Assembly (NCBI GenBank): GCA_010093995.1 | Contig: ML992501.1 | Coordinates: 1,155,047-1,219,046 of the forward strand | Length of the DNA: 64,000 bases | Reading direction: 5' to 3' | Source of the DNA: Elsinoe ampelina | Lineage: Eukaryota | Part shown: positions 22,915 through 35,218 of the stretch, one piece after another | Layout: every line of letters begins with the position of its first letter | Numbering within the stretch: the stretch's first letter is position 1 | The notes under the pieces: model-generated | What the model saw: only the letters and a program-made list of their open reading frames with translations | Databases searched by the model: none | What the model was told of the DNA's origin: nothing | Translations under genes and position numbers: made by a program

Positions 22915-25900
22915 GCATATACGAGACAAGTACGCGTCCTTAGCGCTATATCTATAATAAGGCCTTACGTAGAGTATAATAGAGTATAGAGTTTAGGTTA
23001 ATACCTGTAATAGTAGCGTAAGTATAGCGCTTTATTAAAATATATTTCCCTAGGTAAGGAGTCTACTCTTTGCTCTATTTATATGTTTATATAATCTATC
23101 TACTTATATGCTCTATAATCTACACCTTTAGTAACCTTTCTTAGCTACTCTTAGCTACGACTTATATATAGTAATTAGCTCTCTTATATTTATGTAATTC
23201 TCTTTAGGTTCCTAGCTATTAAACTTAATAGGCTAGTCCTTTTACTTTACTAAGTAGAATACCTTACTCTTTGTAGTTCTTCTACCTAGAATCTCCTCTA
23301 CTATCTACTTATCTACTTTGTTAGTAAGAGGTATACTCTCTTCTAGCTCCTTACTAGCTCTACCTATCTATAGTTTAAGAAGAGATATATAAAAGACATT
23401 ATAGATGCAATACTAACTTAGTAAAGCTAGGCGATACACCTACGATCTAATTGTGTTAAGTATGCGAAATAGGCTAAGGAATTGTAGTTCTATCTTCTTC
23501 TTTAGTATAGGTAGCTATAAGTTCTTAGCTAAGAGTAGTACTAAGTTACCTACGCTATATACCTTTAGTATATACTTCCTATTATAGTACTTAGCCTAGT
23601 AAGTAGAAGCCTCTTTCTATTACTCTATTAGCTTTATATATGTATCTCGTAAGTGTTACGCTAACTCTACTACTACTAGTACTTTTCTCTCTAAAGTCTT
23701 ATTCTAAGACTTAATAGCTATTACCTCTAACTCTAGATAGTAGCTATATATTATTTAGAAGAGGCTTATACGTAGCGTAGTATAAACGCTATTATTGCTT
23801 ATAAATTCCGCTTGTAATAGACGTTTAGCCTAGTTGTTCTATAGCTCTATATAGTAGCACCTTAGGTACTGTTCTAACGTCTAGTTTTACTGCTTAGTTT
23901 AACCGTCTATCTATAGGTAAAAGGCTATACTAAGCCTACGCTTTATACGCGTTTTGTAATAGAATTTACTCTAGAACTAGCTAGTAAAGACCGATCCTCG
24001 ATTGCTTACTATTCCTCTTAGGACACTATAATAGTGAATAATATAGTTATATAGGATCTCTACTAGCTCTATAGACGTATACTTCTTAGTAGTAGAGACA
24101 TATAGTAACATCTTAGTATAATAGTCTATAATTACTAGTACTATATTATAGACGCTACTACCTTACTTACTTAGTAGTAAGTTAGTAATAAAATCTATTA
24201 TAATTTCTTACTATAGGTAGTCTAGTATTAGTAGCGTACGTAGCTCGCTATAGAGGCAATAGTAGCGCGCCTTGTACTTCTAGCAAACTTAGTATAACTA
24301 TATATAGTTATTAATATCTTTTCTTATAGTTAGCTAGAAGTATTTCTATAATAGGAGCTTAAGCGTCTTATTCTTACTAAAGTAACTAGCCTATTCGCCG
24401 TTATAATATATATATAGTACCTACGCCTTAAGCGTACTATTATTTAGAATAACTAGTAACTCTTTATAGAAGAGAAGATTATCTTATATATTCTATAGCG
24501 CTCTACTCTTGTCTCTACTACTTTCCGCTTGCGAATGTAGCTTTATAATCTTAGAGTCTTATCCTTATAGTAGCTCTACTACTAACATTAGGTTAGTAGA
24601 TAGATCTTTAAAGGGATCCTCTCTTATAGTTACTATAACTACGACTTACTAGGTCGTTATAAGCCTCTAGAAGTTCTTAGAAGAGAAGTCGCTACTATAC
24701 GGCGTATAGGCGGCCTAGGCCTATCCTAGAGTAGCCTCGTATATAGCGTAGATATGTCTAATAAGCGGAGTAGCTTCCTTAACATTAGTAGTCTAGTCCT
24801 ATATACGAAGCTTATTCTAAAGAGTAGAAAGGAGATATAACACCTCTTACTCTTCTACTATATAGTTAGAGCGCCTCGAGGGCGTATTAGCTAGGTTCCT
24901 CGTGCCTAGCTAATACTCTATTATAAAGTTAAAAGTAGCAAGGAAGGTAGCCTAGTAAGCTTATTAGCCGTTTAGCTATTTTAGCTTTATAAATCCTTAG
25001 AGATTGTTATAGTTAGTAAGTACTTAAATTATATATAAGACACCTTCGAGGTAGTATTACTATTGCTTAAATACATATACAATTACTAATAGCTCTTAGT
25101 CGTACATCTCGTAATTGTACTTAGCTAGGATAAACTTCTTTAACTAAAAGGCTATTAGGTGCTAAGCACTGTCGAATAGTTAGGATAGAATTACTACCGC
25201 TATAAACTTTAATATATCGCTTTTAATACGTAGAGGCAGCGTAGAATTATAGTAGTAGAGGATAGAGGCACGCGTAAATATGTCTCTAATGTCCTTAAAT
25301 ACCTACTATTCGCTTATGCCCTACACGAAAGAGCTATACTTATAACCTTTTACTAAGTCTTTAAGGAGGCTAGAGAGGAAAGTAATAATCTTAGAGTAGT
25401 ACTATATAAAGCAACGATAGAAGTTTATAAAGCTAGTAAACTACTAGACCTTATAATAACTCTTTAGCCTTAGCTAATTCTTAATTATAGTTACTCTACT
25501 AGGATCTATTAAGACGCCTATAGTAGAGATAATATAGCTAAGAAATTCTATCTCCTTAGTAAAGAATTTACATTTCTTAAGGTTAATATATAAAGTAAAC
25601 TTCTGTAGCTTTACTAGAATCTTATAAATGTAATATATATAGTTCTCTCTTAAATTGCTATAGATAAGAATATTATCGAGGTAGATAATATAGATAGTGT
25701 TAACTAGCCTACCTAGCGCCTTATTAATATACACTTAGAAGGTAGCTAGGGCGTTAGTTAATCTAAAAGGCATAACTAAGTACTTAAAATAGCTATAGCA
25801 CATACGGAATATAGTCTTCTACTTATTGCTACGCTTAATAGAGATTCTATAATAGGCATCCTTAAGATCTAGCTTCGAGAACTACTAGGCTTGCCCGAGC

Positions 25901-28020
25901 TAATTAAGCGTCTCGCTAATAAGTAGAAGCGGGTAGTAATTCTTAATAGTTATCTTATTTAAGCCCCGATAATCTATATATAAGCGTAGACTACTATCTT
26001 TCTTAGGCACGAATAGGATAGAAGTACTTACCTTGCTTATAGAGCGCCTAATTTACTCGTTTAATTAAGTAGTCTCGAGATAGTTCTTAAGCACTTTAAG
26101 CTCTTTAACCGAAAGATTGTATAAGGGCTAGAATAGAGGCCTTCTACCCGGCTCTAGCTTAATTACATACTTAGCGCCTAAGAGGCGTAGTAGATTTATA
26201 ATATCCTTATAGATAAAGATATTAAAGAACTCTACGAACTCTAATAGTAGAGCCGAGTCGCCTACGGCACGAGTATAGTTCTTAGACGAAGTCTATACTA
26301 TAGTATATACTCTCGGCTCGTTCTTAAGGTCCTTTATAAAGTCTTCTAGTTTACGTAAGTAAACTATATGTAAGAAGTAGCTATATAACTAGTTGTCTAT
26401 AGCGCTATCTATAATTACGTACTGTCTTCTCTACTATAGGCGCTCTAAAATAACTAGAGGGCCTAGTTCTAAGTCTATAGCGTAGAAGAGGCCAATTATC
26501 TCCCTAAGGTCGCTATAGAAGTCTACTAGGCGTATATAAAGCTAGTACGCGCCGTAGTAGAATCCGGCTTACTCTATAAAGGAAAAGATACTTAGATACT
26601 AAGTATGCTTAACTCTTAGTAGATTATAACGAAGAGTAAATACCTAAGATATAAGATTAACTTCTATATAATTGTCTATAAGGAACATATAGTTTTTACG
26701 CCCTATAGGCGCTACAATAGTACTATAATAGAGCAGCGATAGATAAGCGTTAATTAAGAGAGAAGAAGAGCTTAGTTATGCTCTTTAGCTAAGCCCTTAG
26801 AGTTTCCTAACTTAGAGTTATTAGACTTGTCTATAGTAGTAACCTTATATACCGCCTAAGACTCGCTATTCTTCTATAGGTGCTTTAACCTATACTCCGG
26901 CTTAATATAACTAGTTTTGCTATAACTATAGCACTTAGCGTCTCTCTTCTACTTATTAGAGAAACTTCTCTACCTACTAAACTATTTAGTAGATAAGTTA
27001 GTAGCTTTACGCTTATAGTAAGCTTAAGAGCTACTACTAGACTAGTAGTAGTATTCTCCTTAGGGGCTACTATAACTACTATACTTACGTAGGTAGTTAC
27101 TTTTATCTTTCTATATAGTACACTTACTACTAGTATAGTCTATAGACTCGATATATAAGTCTAAAGAGACTAACTTCTAGCGCGTAGCTAGAATAGTATA
27201 GTGTTTAATAATAGTAATACGTAGTGTAGGCTATAGCTTAGCAAGGAGATAGTGCACTCTCTACTCTTTAGAGTAGAGAGCTAGTTACTTCTTAAGGGTA
27301 GCGAGTTCCGAGGTAAAGGCTTAGATAGATTATCCCTTATATTATTAGGCTCCCTTGTATATAAGAGTTATACGTACTTTACGATTAATAGAGTTATTAA
27401 CTATGTCCTATATAAACTAGCGGAATTACTTCTATATATAGTCTTCTAGGCTATTTACGTAGTAGTAGTAGTACTATATCTTATCTAGCTTACCTACGAG
27501 AAATATAACTCTATATAGCACCTTCTACTAGTTAGTAGAATAAGCCTTAGAGGCTAGAGTAAAGATAACCTTAAGATTCTTTAGGAAGAATCTTACCTCT
27601 TTTAGAGTCTTACCCTAGTAGGGATAGAGTTCTCTTAATTAAGGTTGTCTAGAGGACAGCCTTACGAATAGTTCGCCGCTACTATATATACTCTATATAC
27701 TAGCATTACTTGCTATAGGCTTAGTAGAAGCACGCGAGCTATAGTTAAAGCCTCCTTAGTAGTATCCTATATTACATATATAGTATATTTACTTAATCTC
27801 TTCCTCGAGGCTCTAAGCCTTAAGCTCTAGCTCTAAATACTTATACTTAGTACGTAGGTATAGTAGCTACTCTATAAGGGTCTCTTCTTCCTCTAGAGGA
27901 GTCTACTCGATAGAGTTTATCTCTATAATATTAATTATATAAGGCGCTAGTACCTCGCTAATAGAGTTCTAGTTGTCTATAGAGTCTAATAGATTACAAC
28001 TATAGGGGAGCAATTAGAAC

Positions 28021-28207
28021 TATTAAAGCCTTATATTAAAGCTATATATGTCGTAATATAGAGAACACCTATCTAACTAAATAGTCTATTAGTAGTAGAA
28101 CTAATTGCTATTAAGCCCCTAGTATAAGCGCTACGTAGGATATTTAAGTATATTACGTAAGCGGGACTAGCTACTACTAAGTACTACTCTAATACTAAGC
28201 CCTTATA
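28021..28207 (-). repeat. 5' LTR of Gypsy D
   Basis: Direct repeat of 21518-21704. Confidence 0.93.
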
Positions 28208-28869
28208 GTTCTTAAGGCTATCTATAATACTATTTAGGCTTAGAATAAGGTTTTAGTAATAACTATCTAGAACTACTAGCTTTACTCTACCTTACTTAGT
28301 GTAGTTTAAGGCCTAATTACGCTTAAGGACTAGTAGAGGAAGTATAGTAATGTTCTACTAAGGACTACTAATATAGAGGTAGAGGTAGTAGTATCTTAGT
28401 AGCTATATACTTTATAAGCTAAGAAGTATATCTATCTAGCAATAATAGTAGCTAGCCTATTATAACTAGAGGAGGAGGTAGTAGAGAATACCTATAAAGA
28501 GATTAGTAAGGCGTTCCTTTAGTAGATTACTAACTAATATACTCTAGCTAAGGAAGAGAAGAAGGAAGAGAAGAAGACTATAGAGAAGTTTCACTATATA
28601 AAGCACTCTAAAGCTCTTTAAGCACTTGTATAGCTTTAGCTATATAAAGAGCAGTTAGAGGAGTGCAACTTTAAGCTGCTAAAGGAGGTAGAGGAGCATT
28701 ATAAAGTTGTTTAAGCACGCTTAAGAGCCTCTATAAGGCAGCTAGATATCCACTAGTTCTTTAGAGGTAGCTAAGCATAGAATTGAGCAATTTAACGGCT
28801 ATTACACCACCTTATCTGACACACCGTTTGACTGGCTATACCGTTAAAGGAGCACCGGTACCGCGCTAA

Positions 28870-28890
28870 CGCTATAACCAGAATCTACTG
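28870..28890 (-). repeat. Probable right terminal inverted repeat of the pogo-like transposon
   Basis: Reverse complement reads TA|CAGTAGATTCTGGTTATAGCG, matching the TA-CAGT start typical of pogo/Tigger TIRs. The partner TIR is not in the window, so the length is approximate. Confidence 0.65.
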
Positions 28891-29387
28891 TAGATCTACC
28901 CTGATGATCACCTGCTGGGGTCCTCGATGGTGAAAGTTTCTTGCTTGACCACATAGCTACATGCCTTCGCCTCACGTGTATTGGGAAGGTCCAATGCAGC
29001 CAAGGTTCAACTCGCGTGGTCCCGCTCCACTTCAATATGCTTGCCGCCTCTATCAGTGGGTTTTTGATCTGCATTACGGAAGACTGTCGGTCCATCACAA
29101 TTCTACCGAACTAGCCTTTCAGCAGCGCGCAGGCCCAGAGATCAGCCAGTGCGTCTTTCTACCGCACTTCCTGGACTCCACCCCTTCTCGGCGTACCCAG
29201 CGACGAAGTTTTCCGCCTCCAATGCGCAGCCTTCGCTGCAAATGGGACGCATTTTTGGGAAGCCATTGCAGAAGCCAAGAGGCGAGAATGCTTAGCCATG
29301 AAATGTTGGATTCAGTGATCGTATAAGAACAAGGTAGGGCCGTCTTTAGAATATTCTTCCGCGGCTAAGCATCACCGTCTACACAAT

Positions 29388-31498
29388 ATGGGTCTCTCCT
29401 TCCAGCTGGCTAGCGCCGCGGCTCTGCTTGTTGTGGCAGGATCTACTGAGCCCATTCCAGTACAATCAGTGCTGTTCAAACAGCCACTCGAGGTGGAGCA
29501 TGGTGGCGTCCACAACATACATGTCGAATACCAAGGCGACGTTGACGGCGAGCTCACAGTCGCGTACGGCCCCTGCAATTCCGGATCTGCTCAAGCGGTA
29601 CACCACATTGTTGGTAGCACTTACGTGGGATCACATCATCGGGCCGCACGTCATCTCGACCATCATGAACGACGACCTACTCGCTTCGTCTGGGTCACGC
29701 CGTCCACGCTACCGGCAGGGTGTCTCCATGCATTCCTCGAGGGTCAGCACGTCGGACGTTCTGCCGAGATTATGACAAAGCATCGGCGCGTACGCCGGCA
29801 AGCGACCTTTGCCAGTGTCGCAGATCCGATGGGACCCTGGTTCGATGGCGTGGCGTACTTACAACAGAAGCAACCAAACGAGACTTTCGTCGCATCGACC
29901 AAGAACAAGCGGTTTGGCATACTGGGGGCTGGCATGGCCGGCTTGACAACAGGGGTAAGTCAGCATGATGATGTCGCTACGACCCCGACTGACTCTGCCA
30001 GCTCATGCTCGACTCTGTGGGTGTCCGCAACTGGAAGATCTTGGAGTCGTCCGACCGTCTAGGTGGCCGTATGCTTACCAGCTACTTGAATGGTACTCGA
30101 CCAGAAGAGGGCCAATACCACGAGATGGGACCAATGCGGTTTCCTTACGAGATCACCGACCCGGACACGAACGAGACATTCCCTATCAATGATCAGAAGA
30201 TGGTCTACCAGGTCGCAGATGTTCTCAACAAGATCAATGAGGGTAATGAGGAGCTGCAAGTCAAGTTCATTTCTTGGATCCAGTCTTCCCCGAATACTCC
30301 GGTCAGCACCTACAAGCGACGTCCGGACGGAACGTTCCCAGGAAAGACTGAGGTGGCTACCAACCCCGATTACGCTGAGCCAGTCGTCTATTCTAACGAG
30401 ACGGCGGCCGCGCAAGCTCAACAGGCCCTCGATGACTTCAAGGCGTTGACGCCTGAGCGTATTAAGTTCTACGCCACTGACCTGTTCCGCGCCCACAAGC
30501 AAGCTGTCGAGCAAGGTCTCTTCGACTGGTCGGAGGTCGAATACCTGCGCAAGGTCATTGGTACACCTCTCAATACCACGGATGAGGTGACACCTTCTCA
30601 GGTCGTCTGGCCGATGTGGGAATACGAAACAGTCTACTTCCTCGCCAACAAGTGGAACACCATCCAGGGTGGTCTTTCTCGTATGCCCGAAGCTTTCAGA
30701 CCAATCGTCCAGGACCGTATTCAATTTGACTCCAAGGTCTTCTCTGTCCAGCACAACAGTCAGAACAACACATTGTCAGTCTCCTATCGACCCCGAGGTA
30801 GCAACCCTCGCGAGGTCACACCCACCACCGAGCAATTCGACTATGTCTTCAACAGCGTTCCCTTCAACCTGCTCAAATTCTGGGAACTCCCTCGCTACTC
30901 CTCCCTCATGCGCCGCGCCATCGACCGCACTGTCTTCGGCGGCGCCGTCAAGGTCGCAATCCAATACAAGACCCGCTTCTGGGAGCACCTCAAGCACCCC
31001 ATCCTCGGCGGCTGCGGCCGCGTCAACATCCCCCTCGTCGGGCAGATCTGCTACCCATCATGGGACATCAACGCCACTGGTCCGGGAACCATGATGGCGT
31101 CTTACATCCCCGACTACGACGCTACAGTCGCCTGCTCCATGTCCGACGACGAGCACATCGCCTATGTACAGAGAGCCATGGTAGCCATCCACGGGCAAGT
31201 CGCGGAGGACAACTGGACGGGCAACTGGGCGAGGCACTGCTGGGAGCATGATGAGAACCATGCTGGAGCGTTTGCGTTGCCGATTGTGCCGCAGCAGCAG
31301 TTGTATCTGCCGGCTTTCTTCCATACGGAGTTCAATACTGTGTTTATTGGGGAGCATACTAGCTATACGCATAGTTGGGTGTTTAGTGCGTTGGAGTCTG
31401 CGGCGAGGGGTACGGTGCAGTTGTTGTTGGATTTGGGGTTGGTGGATGAGGCGAAGAAGGTCAATGAGGAGTGGATGGCGAGGTGGATACAGTTGTAG
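29388..31498 (+). CDS. Secreted L-amino-acid oxidase / flavin-containing amine oxidase precursor
   Basis: Signal peptide; intron 29955-30001 joins GILGAGMAGLTTG to LMLDSVG...ILESSDRLGGR (FAD-binding GxGxxG and GG motifs); EMGPMRFP; C-terminal FIGEHTSYTHSWVFSALESA. Confidence 0.92.
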
Positions 31499-31891
31499 AC
31501 AAATCTGATCAAGTTTGTCATTCTGCCGTGTTTTGTTGTCAGATCGCAGGTGGATTCTACGCAGCCAGAGGCAGAAATTGAATTACAACAGCAATCCCAT
31601 CTGTCGTGAACAGCTCTAGGCCGTCCTGCTTCAGACTGCCACAACATTTCCGGATTATACTGTTGACTTCTTGCAGAGATACAGAAGACCCGTAGAAGCG
31701 ATTTGCGTTGATGAGATGTCGCAGAGGAGGGCGACTGTGGAATTGATATTGCCCCTTCAAGATCGGCTAGACTTGCCCCTTTTGAGCTCCCCCACCGCCG
31801 CAACTTGACCTCCATCATTGCTGCCTCTCTCACATACTACAAGCCATTGACGACCAGACAGGCGACATAGCGTATCCCGCGGTAATCAAAT

Positions 31892-32909
31892 ATGTCGTCG
31901 AAGGCTGCGACTGTGTCCTCGTTCATCGAGACTGCTCCGCCAGGACAGGCAAGCGACCCTTCGTCCACACAAGAATGCGACTACTAACCACGGCAACAGC
32001 TCCAGAATGTCCTCGACGGTAACGACCCTGACCGCTGGGTAAGGCGTGAAGACGCGACTAACGTGGCGCCCCAGATATCAAAGCCCTCACGATAGACGAA
32101 CCACAATTGACTCAAAACCTCGATCCAGCATTCAAAAAGTATCACGAAGAGCAATACACCACGACCAAACTCCCAAACAGCTCATCACAAGTACACCCAC
32201 TTCTCCCCCACCCCTTACTCAGCCCTCCTCATACTCGCCAGGTTCTCATAAGCAAACACAACTCCCTCGGTTCAGACCGCTACTACGACCTCTCCAGCTC
32301 CACCTCCTTTCACTTCTCCCCAAACACCCAAACCACCTCCCAATCCGAATCCCACACCCCCTCCTCCCCCTCCCTCGACCTCGCCAAATCCCTCCTCAAA
32401 CCCCTCTCCTCCCACGCATCAGAACACTACCCCTCCGCCACCACCGGCGTCTTCCCCATCTCAGACGGCTCCATCGCCATCCTCATCGTCGCGAACAAAT
32501 ACTCCCTCAACAACTTCTGGTCCGGCCGGTGGCGGGGGACATATATCCTCGACTCGTCAGGGAACATCAAGGGGGATATCAAGGTGGACGTGCACTATTT
32601 CGAGGACGGGAATGTGAGGATGCAGACGGAGAAGAAGGTGGAGCTGAAGGTTGGGTCGGGGGCGCAGGAGGTGGTGAGGGCCATTGCGCAGGTGGAGAAG
32701 AAGTATCAGGAGGATTTGAACAGGGGGTTTGCGCAGTTGAATGAAGGGGTTTTCAAGGGGTTGAGGAGGCAACTGCCGGTGACGAGGCAGAGGGTGGAGT
32801 GGGATAAGGTTGGGGCTTATAGGGTGAGTACATGGACACAAAATGAGAGACTATGTATGCTGATATGAGGTAGCTCGGACAGGACATTGGCGGAGGAAGG
32901 TCACGGTAA
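31892..32909 (+). CDS. CAP1: F-actin capping protein subunit alpha
   Basis: Exons 31892-31948, 32000-32018, 32075-32190, 32242-32823, 32874-32909. Motifs SFIETAPPG, NFWSGRWR, VDVHYFEDGNV, FKGLRRQLPVTRQRVEWDK. Confidence 0.95.
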
Positions 32910-33929
32910 GACAGGACAGCTAGACGACGAATGACAACAGCATTCGCTTCACCCGACGAACCATTTTGCCAACCAATGCTCCTTGCGCGCCCGGTATATT
33001 CCGTAACAGATTGGTCGTGGCATGCTGTAGGGCGATGCGCCCAACAGCAATAGGCATATGCCGACTGCATGCAACTCTCATGTTCCGGACGTGTCATAAA
33101 ATATGGAGCCCCATGGAGATACTGCAGAGACAGATCGCCTGCATCTCTACCTCCAATTGGCGGCTAGCCGAGAAGCGTCAATGACACTGGCGCAAACCAA
33201 TGATACTCACAAGCTCGTAGGGCGAAGACAAAGTGCACCATTGTGTTGGTCGGCAAGTCACGTGTTCACGTCTCGACTGATATCTCGCTACGGGCTTACC
33301 TTAAACAAGCAACCTTGAAGTGGTGGTAATCTGAGACTGCTCCTCCCGATTCGTTCCTGCACTTCTTCACAGTGACTTCCATTAGACACGCGCTGTTCAT
33401 CACTGGACGGTGATCTTCTCTGGACCTGCGCCTGAATCGATTGTGTATTCCTTGGCGTGAACTGATTCGCCCAAGACGTTGGACAGACAGCTACGACTCG
33501 CTCATCGCAACTCAGAGGAGAGTGGAGGCGATTGCGGTTTTCAGGCCGGCATGTGCTCGACGGTCCACTCGTCCCGACGCTACGCCTTGCCGCTAAATCT
33601 TGGTGCGCGATCCGTTTGGGTCAGTTCTTCCTATTTTACTTTCTTTGCTATTGTGACTTCCCTTGCCACAAACTCCTCTCCCTTGCTTCCCTTGCTTTCG
33701 CATTCGCTTGAGCTACGCCTTTCCGTCATCGTAGCCTCCATAAAGTGATCGATCCCTTGCATGATGCCCGTGCATCAGAGTCCTCCTATCTTTAAAATGG
33801 TTGGCGCAGAAGGTGGTATTTCCCGAGCATTTTCTCCCTGCCCTTGCTTCGTTTGCCGTCTTTCACCTCTCATCTGCTGCTCGAGCACTCCATATCAAGA
33901 AAGAGTCTAGACCGCCAGCACCATCTGCT

Positions 33930-34177
33930 ATGTCTACCCCGCCGTACACACCAAAGCTCAGCGTGGAGGCCGTCATCGCCGTGGTCACGCTCTTCACGAT
34001 GTTGATCATTGCTATCTTCGGGTGGTATCTCAAGACGAGAATACGTGCGAGTACGTGTTGCACACATGGGACATAAGTATGACATTGACCTTGACAGGAC
34101 GACCTGGGCTGGAGCTGTTTGAATTGGAAGCTGGAGTTATACATCGTCTGCCCTACGCTCGGCATAGACAGGACTAG
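33930..34177 (+). CDS. Small (66 aa) single-transmembrane protein of unknown function
   Basis: MSTPPYTPKLSVEAVIAVVTLFTMLIIAIFGWYLK; intron 34051-34097 (GTACGT...TTGAC...CAG); exon 2 RRPGLELFELEAG...; N-terminal motif resembles that of the 63088-62544 gene. Confidence 0.55.
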
Positions 34178-34336
34178 CGCTCAAGGCATGGCATGTACTG
34201 GAGCAAGGGTCAGGGAACATGTGCATGTATGATTCAGGGAAGAAGTGTCGATACTATATCAAGATGAAGGAACTGTTTCATAAATTCATGACATATACTA
34301 CAACCCCCCCAAACCCGACCCCTCTCCCCTTCCCAC

Positions 34337-35218
34337 CTAACCAAACACCAAAGTCCTAACCTCAATACTCTCCCTACCCGTCCACCCCTCCCCCGCCGTC
34401 CTCGGGTCCTCAAACGCCGTATGCGCCGTCCTCTTCCCCGTCTCACTATCAAAACACTGCAACAAAATCCTCTCCTCATTCCCCATGCCACTCCAATACC
34501 ACCACTCCTGCTCCCCCTTGGGCAGTATCCCCGCCGTCTCCCCCGTCCGATCAGGATAGCGGTGCTCGACCGGCACCACGGCCTCGTCAGGCACGGAGTC
34601 GCTCGCCGCCACCCCCAGAGGATTCTTCACCACCGGCCCGTTGAGCGGGCGCCAGACGTTGATGATGCGGTAGCGGCCCTCGAGGAGCTCGTCGGCTTCG
34701 GCGCCGAGGTGGCGGACGACGCGCTCCCGTGCGGCTTTGGGGGTTTGGTCGATGTGGACGCGGTTGACGGGGCCGCGCTTGGCGTCGGCCGAGGCGCGGC
34801 GGATGGTGTGGTCGAAGATGACGACGCGGTGGGCGCCGAGGCGGGATTGGAGGAGTCGGGTCACTTCCGGGTAGTAGTTTGCTTCGATGGAGGCGTCCGA
34901 GGTGAAGTCTTTCTCGGCGCTGGGGGTGGTGGTGAGCAGGGAGAAGCCGTGCGTGTCGGTTGAGAAAGTGGATTCTTTGCCGCGGGCGTCGTGGATGGTC
35001 ACGCCGTGGGTGGTGGAGCCGTAGTTGCGTTGGGGTTGGCCGGGAGGTGGCGTTTCGACGTAGTTGAACGGGGTGGAGCCATCTTCGGGGGCGCCGTAGA
35101 AGGTGAGTGTGGTGGCGACGTCGCCGCGGGGGATGTAGGAGTTGGGCTCGGGGGAGGAGCGGGCTTCGCGGAAGGCGGAGGAGGGGTTGGAGGAGTTGAG
35201 GGTGGCGGCGGTGGCCAT
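34337..35218 (-). CDS. AsaB / GA4-desaturase / CmcJ-like oxygenase (non-heme Fe hydroxylase-desaturase family)
   Basis: 293-aa intronless ORF with IHDARG, HGF, NYYPE, FDHTIRR, VHIDQT, IINVWRPL, WWYWSGM, AHTAF and RESIEVR motifs. Confidence 0.85.
   Translation of the reverse strand: MATAATLNSSNPSSAFREARSSPEPNSYIPRGDVATTLTFYGAPEDGSTPFNYVETPPPGQPQRNYGSTTHGVTIHDARGKESTFSTDTHGFSLLTTTPSAEKDFTSDASIEANYYPEVTRLLQSRLGAHRVVIFDHTIRRASADAKRGPVNRVHIDQTPKAARERVVRHLGAEADELLEGRYRIINVWRPLNGPVVKNPLGVAASDSVPDEAVVPVEHRYPDRTGETAGILPKGEQEWWYWSGMGNEERILLQCFDSETGKRTAHTAFEDPRTAGEGWTGRESIEVRTLVFG

Larger units (their letters stand above)
21518..28207 (-). mobile_element. Ty3/Gypsy chromovirus LTR retrotransposon D, full length (6690 bp), inserted in the pogo transposase
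   Basis: 187-bp direct LTRs at 21518-21704 and 28021-28207. Flanks atcct/gttct are both transition derivatives of a gtcct TSD. Minus-strand CCHC ~26895-26940, RT remnant ORF 25474-25734 (IYLD.ILIYS, KKCKF...EIEFL), integrase ~23800-24400, chromodomain ~23195-23315, PPT 21705-21719. Confidence 0.94.
1..28890. other. AT-rich, RIP-mutated nested transposon block
   Basis: Strong TpA excess and CpA/TpG depletion, and almost no ORFs in the six-frame track. TE motifs are readable only after reversing C>T/G>A changes. Composition returns to normal after about 28890. Confidence 0.97.
20859..28890 (+). mobile_element. pogo/Tigger-like (Tc1-mariner superfamily, DDE_1) DNA transposon, 3' part; interrupted by Gypsy D
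   Basis: De-RIP transposase motifs: YNADETGLFY ~20921, CNASGTHKLKP.IIG...PRCFK, NKTAWMT, LLLDNF ~21291, QPLDQGII ~21399; resumes at 28208 (V.KAI...AW...TIQNCW). C-terminal QLDIHQFF, stop 28772-28774. Intron 21230-21284. TIR-like end followed by TA. Confidence 0.9.

Noticed and set aside
22708..22929. 73-aa minus-strand ORF in the track
   Set aside because: Ile/Leu/Tyr-rich RIP artefact; splice signals support a gene on the opposite strand.
25474..25734. 86-aa ORF as a functional gene
   Set aside because: Stop-free remnant of the RIP-destroyed RT of element D.
1..28890. Centromere, telomere, organellar insert or CRISPR interpretation of the AT-rich block
   Set aside because: Fully accounted for by nested TEs; no telomeric or repeat-spacer arrays. 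Centromere status cannot be judged from this window.
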